The translations under genes and the position numbers were made by a program. From the NCBI RefSeq assembly GCF_009914755.1, contig NC_060930.1: a DNA stretch of 64,000 bases; one strand, given 5' to 3'. Positions 60,701 through 64,000 of this stretch are shown piece by piece; position 1 is the first letter of the stretch, and the number at the start of each line of letters is the position of its first letter. The DNA is from the human T2T-CHM13v2.0 reference genome, Homo sapiens. The notes under the pieces were generated by a model. It saw only the letters and a program-made list of their open reading frames with translations, searched no databases and had not been told where the DNA came from.

Positions 60701-61524
60701 GCTAAGGTATGAAACATGTCTATTTTGGATGTTCAGAAACATTATAAGTAGATAATGTCACAGTTTTTATTTACGAAAATTTTAAAGATGAGCAACCTGA
60801 CCAATGATGATTACAAACTTAGCAGATGATGCAGAGAATGAAATGACAGAAATCTATAATTTCTGTCTCAGAATTGAGACAGATTTGTTAGGGAATTAAA
60901 AAAATCTTTGAGAAAAGTATTTTAGGTTGAAGAAGAATATGTTTTGTGGATTGAGTATATGAATGAGCATTCAAATGGTGGGAATCGTTCTGGATACAAG
61001 AGTTTTATTACCTAAGCCATGTAGGCAATAAGATGCTGGTTTGGGACTTTGGTTGGAATCTGGGCTCCACAAGAAAATATTTTGGAGTCAGAAAACTGTG
61101 TTTCCTGTAAGTGGAGGACCCAAATAAGGAAAATCTGAGAGGGCTCTACATTTAGGACTTAACTTTCAGCACAGGCTTTGCTGTGTTTTGTTTTTATTTT
61201 TAAAATGAGAAAATTACCTTGATACTATAATCTTATATAAATAAAATATATTCAAATAATTATCTCCATGAAACAAAATTATATACAGTAGATAAAAAGC
61301 AATGCTGTATTTATTTCATAATATATCTCAATTTTCAAAGTTCTCCCTGGCTTTATCATGGTGTTTCTAATTAGAGGGGATCATGTTTTGGAGAAATTAT
61401 GGCATAATTTTACATTAAATAATACTATTATTTTGGCCTTTTTTCTTTAAGACAATGACTGAATAAGAAATATAGTTTGAGATTGTCTAGTTAAAATATT
61501 TATTGTGATTTTTTCATATGTTAG

Positions 61525-61653
61525 AGAAAGCAGATGCAAGAGACATTGGAAAGAAGAGAAGCAAAGATGGAGAAAAAGAAAAATTCAAATTCTCACTTCA
61601 TGGTTCAAGACCCTCATCAGAAGTGCAGTACTCTGTGCAGTCCCTATCAGATT
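61525..61653 (+). CDS. ADGB: ADGB exon 9 (129 nt, phase 1-1): (E)KADARDIGKKRSKDGEKEKFKFSLHGSRPSSEVQYSVQSLSD
   Basis: Acceptor catatgttAG, donor ATT|GTAAGC; frame continues from exon 8. Confidence 0.9.
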
Positions 61654-62919
61654 GTAAGCTCCTAATTTCTTAGAATAATAACTATTTTAGTTGTTTCTTA
61701 AAATGCTGGAAAACCTTGGAACATAGAAATACATTTTTTCTTTTGAAATAACTAAATAAACTTAGTCAAGGTTGCCATAAATGTTGGGTTCTCAGATGGG
61801 TGGGCGTGTTGGGCCAAGTCCTACCAATGACAGAAGCCTGTTGTCCAAATTACAGTGCAATTGTCACAGAAGAAGTATCCACATGTGGGAGAGGCTTCTG
61901 CTGGTCGCTTTCAGGTATTTCTCTAAAAAATACTCAGGTTGAATTTATCATCCAAATTAAGTAAATTCAAAGTTACTTGTTTGTGTGGTTAGATGCCAGC
62001 CACCAAATAAAACAAAAAGCCTACATCTGGCTCCTTGCTCACAGTGGGCCTCCAGCTCTTTTACTGTGTTTTAGAAAGTAACTGTGAGGCCGGAGACTCT
62101 GGAAGTCATTGTTTATATCACAATACTGACAACCACACTTTTTTGTGTATCGCATTGTGACTGGGTGGATGTACAAGAACTATTTATAATAGCCTCATTG
62201 TATAAAGGTCAACTATTTTTGTGAAAATGCTAGGGTTTCTCTATCACTTAAAATCACATTGGAGCTCTTTCATTTTAATTAATCTTTCCAATTTGGACTT
62301 GCAAATTATCTCTAAAGACCCCTTGGCTACCGCATTTTTGTCCTGTGTACCAGCTAAAACAGTCTAGGTATAAGTAGCCTTTAAACAAATTGTATCAGGT
62401 TGAAAGAAAACAAGCTGTAAAAAAATGATACCGCAACCTATTCAGGAGGTTATCAGGAGGAAGACTAGAGTGTCTCTTTTGAGTCTCAGCTTTGGCTCAT
62501 CTATCTTGGTGCTTCCAGAGTGCAGGTTATCATTTTCACCTCATCCTTTATTAGCTAGTCAAAAATATGTGTTTTTACATCTAGTAGTGTGCCTTATTAA
62601 TAAATTTTTATCTTTTTTCTTATTATGATGATTTATATGAGGACATTTTAATAATTATGGCTTTTTATTTTTACTGAAACATGTCTAGTGATGTGGATAG
62701 AAAAAAGTCACTATTGTATTTTTAATTCTACATTAAAAATCATTTTCTTATATTGATGCCTTAAGCAATATTTTTTGATAGTGACAAACATTACATTAGC
62801 AGATTTACTGATGGTTCTTCATCTTTGTGAAAATGGCTAAAACTTTCTGAGAGTTCTTTCTTTGTGAAAATAAAAGTAACGATGCCTTCCTTCTCCTGCT
62901 GAACTTACAGTTAAGGTCA

Positions 62920-63130
62920 TTCCAACACATAGAATGTGGTTCAGTTTGGACTGTGGAGTCAAGCTGGTTGAGTTCAATATCTGCTCCAACACTGAGTGTA
63001 TAAGTATCAGGCAAGTGATAGAGCCTCTTTAAACTCAGGATCTCTATAAATCAGCATTATTGTTTTGGTGAGGGTCCTTGTGAGAATCAAGTGTTGAATC
63101 CAGGTAAAGTGCTTAGCACTTGTTGGTAGA
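62920..63130. mobile_element. MIR fragment
   Basis: GGAGTCAAGCTGGTTGAGTTCAA...GGCAAGTGA...GTAAAGTGCTTAGCAC. Confidence 0.65.
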
Positions 63131-63382
63131 GCTACATTTTAGCATATTTATTGCAAAAGCCTTTGTTAATTCTTACATGTGCTAAAGATACAGTGTTAGA
63201 ATGAACTCTATTGGAGTCCTTTATCTGGCATAAATATGAGGGTGGCCATGTGAACTTCCTTCTCCCACAGAGTTAAATCTAAGTGCATTTCTGATGGTGT
63301 TATAATTCATTTCCTTCAATCAGCTGCTTTGGTTTCACTTGTAAAGGAGATAATGGATAGACAGTAAGTGTTCAAGAGGTAA

Positions 63383-63775
<393 letters not shown>

Positions 63776-64000
63776 TAGTTAATTCTGATAAGTCACTGAA
63801 AATCTAATATAAAGAACCCCTGTTTTATTAATTTTTTCAAAGTAGCATATTTATGACAACGGTCATTACAATAAAATGACGCTCACAGTTTTAAATGCCA
63901 AGGAGATTTAGTTTTATAATGGCAGAAGACATGTAGAGATTTATATATATTTACATGTCATCTAATATTATCCAATGCATATCCTAATAATGACTTGACA

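Overview
Primate (human or great-ape-like) genomic DNA lying entirely inside the androglobin gene ADGB on the + strand. Eight GT-AG exons (exons 2-9, about residues 25-406 by recalled human numbering) splice into one open frame encoding the N-terminal calpain-like protease region. Exon 1 and the globin/IQ region are outside the window. The introns are mostly transposon debris (L1, L2, Alu, MaLR/ERV1 LTRs, DNA transposons). The most unusual region is a nested stack in intron 2 (about 22.5-28.3 kb). An L1 ORF2 fragment is interrupted at TTAA by an internally deleted piggyBac with MER75-type ends that still carries the C-terminal coding region of a PGBD4-type transposase, and a younger L1PA 3' end sits inside that piggyBac. 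The L1 fragment then runs directly into a U6 snRNA/L1 chimera. A MER85 (PGBD3-family MITE) with an intact 16-bp CSB-PGBD3 palindrome lies 74 bp upstream of exon 4. I found no evidence for a new protein-coding system. Repeat subfamily names and reference proteins are recognised from memory, and boundaries without a TSD are approximate.
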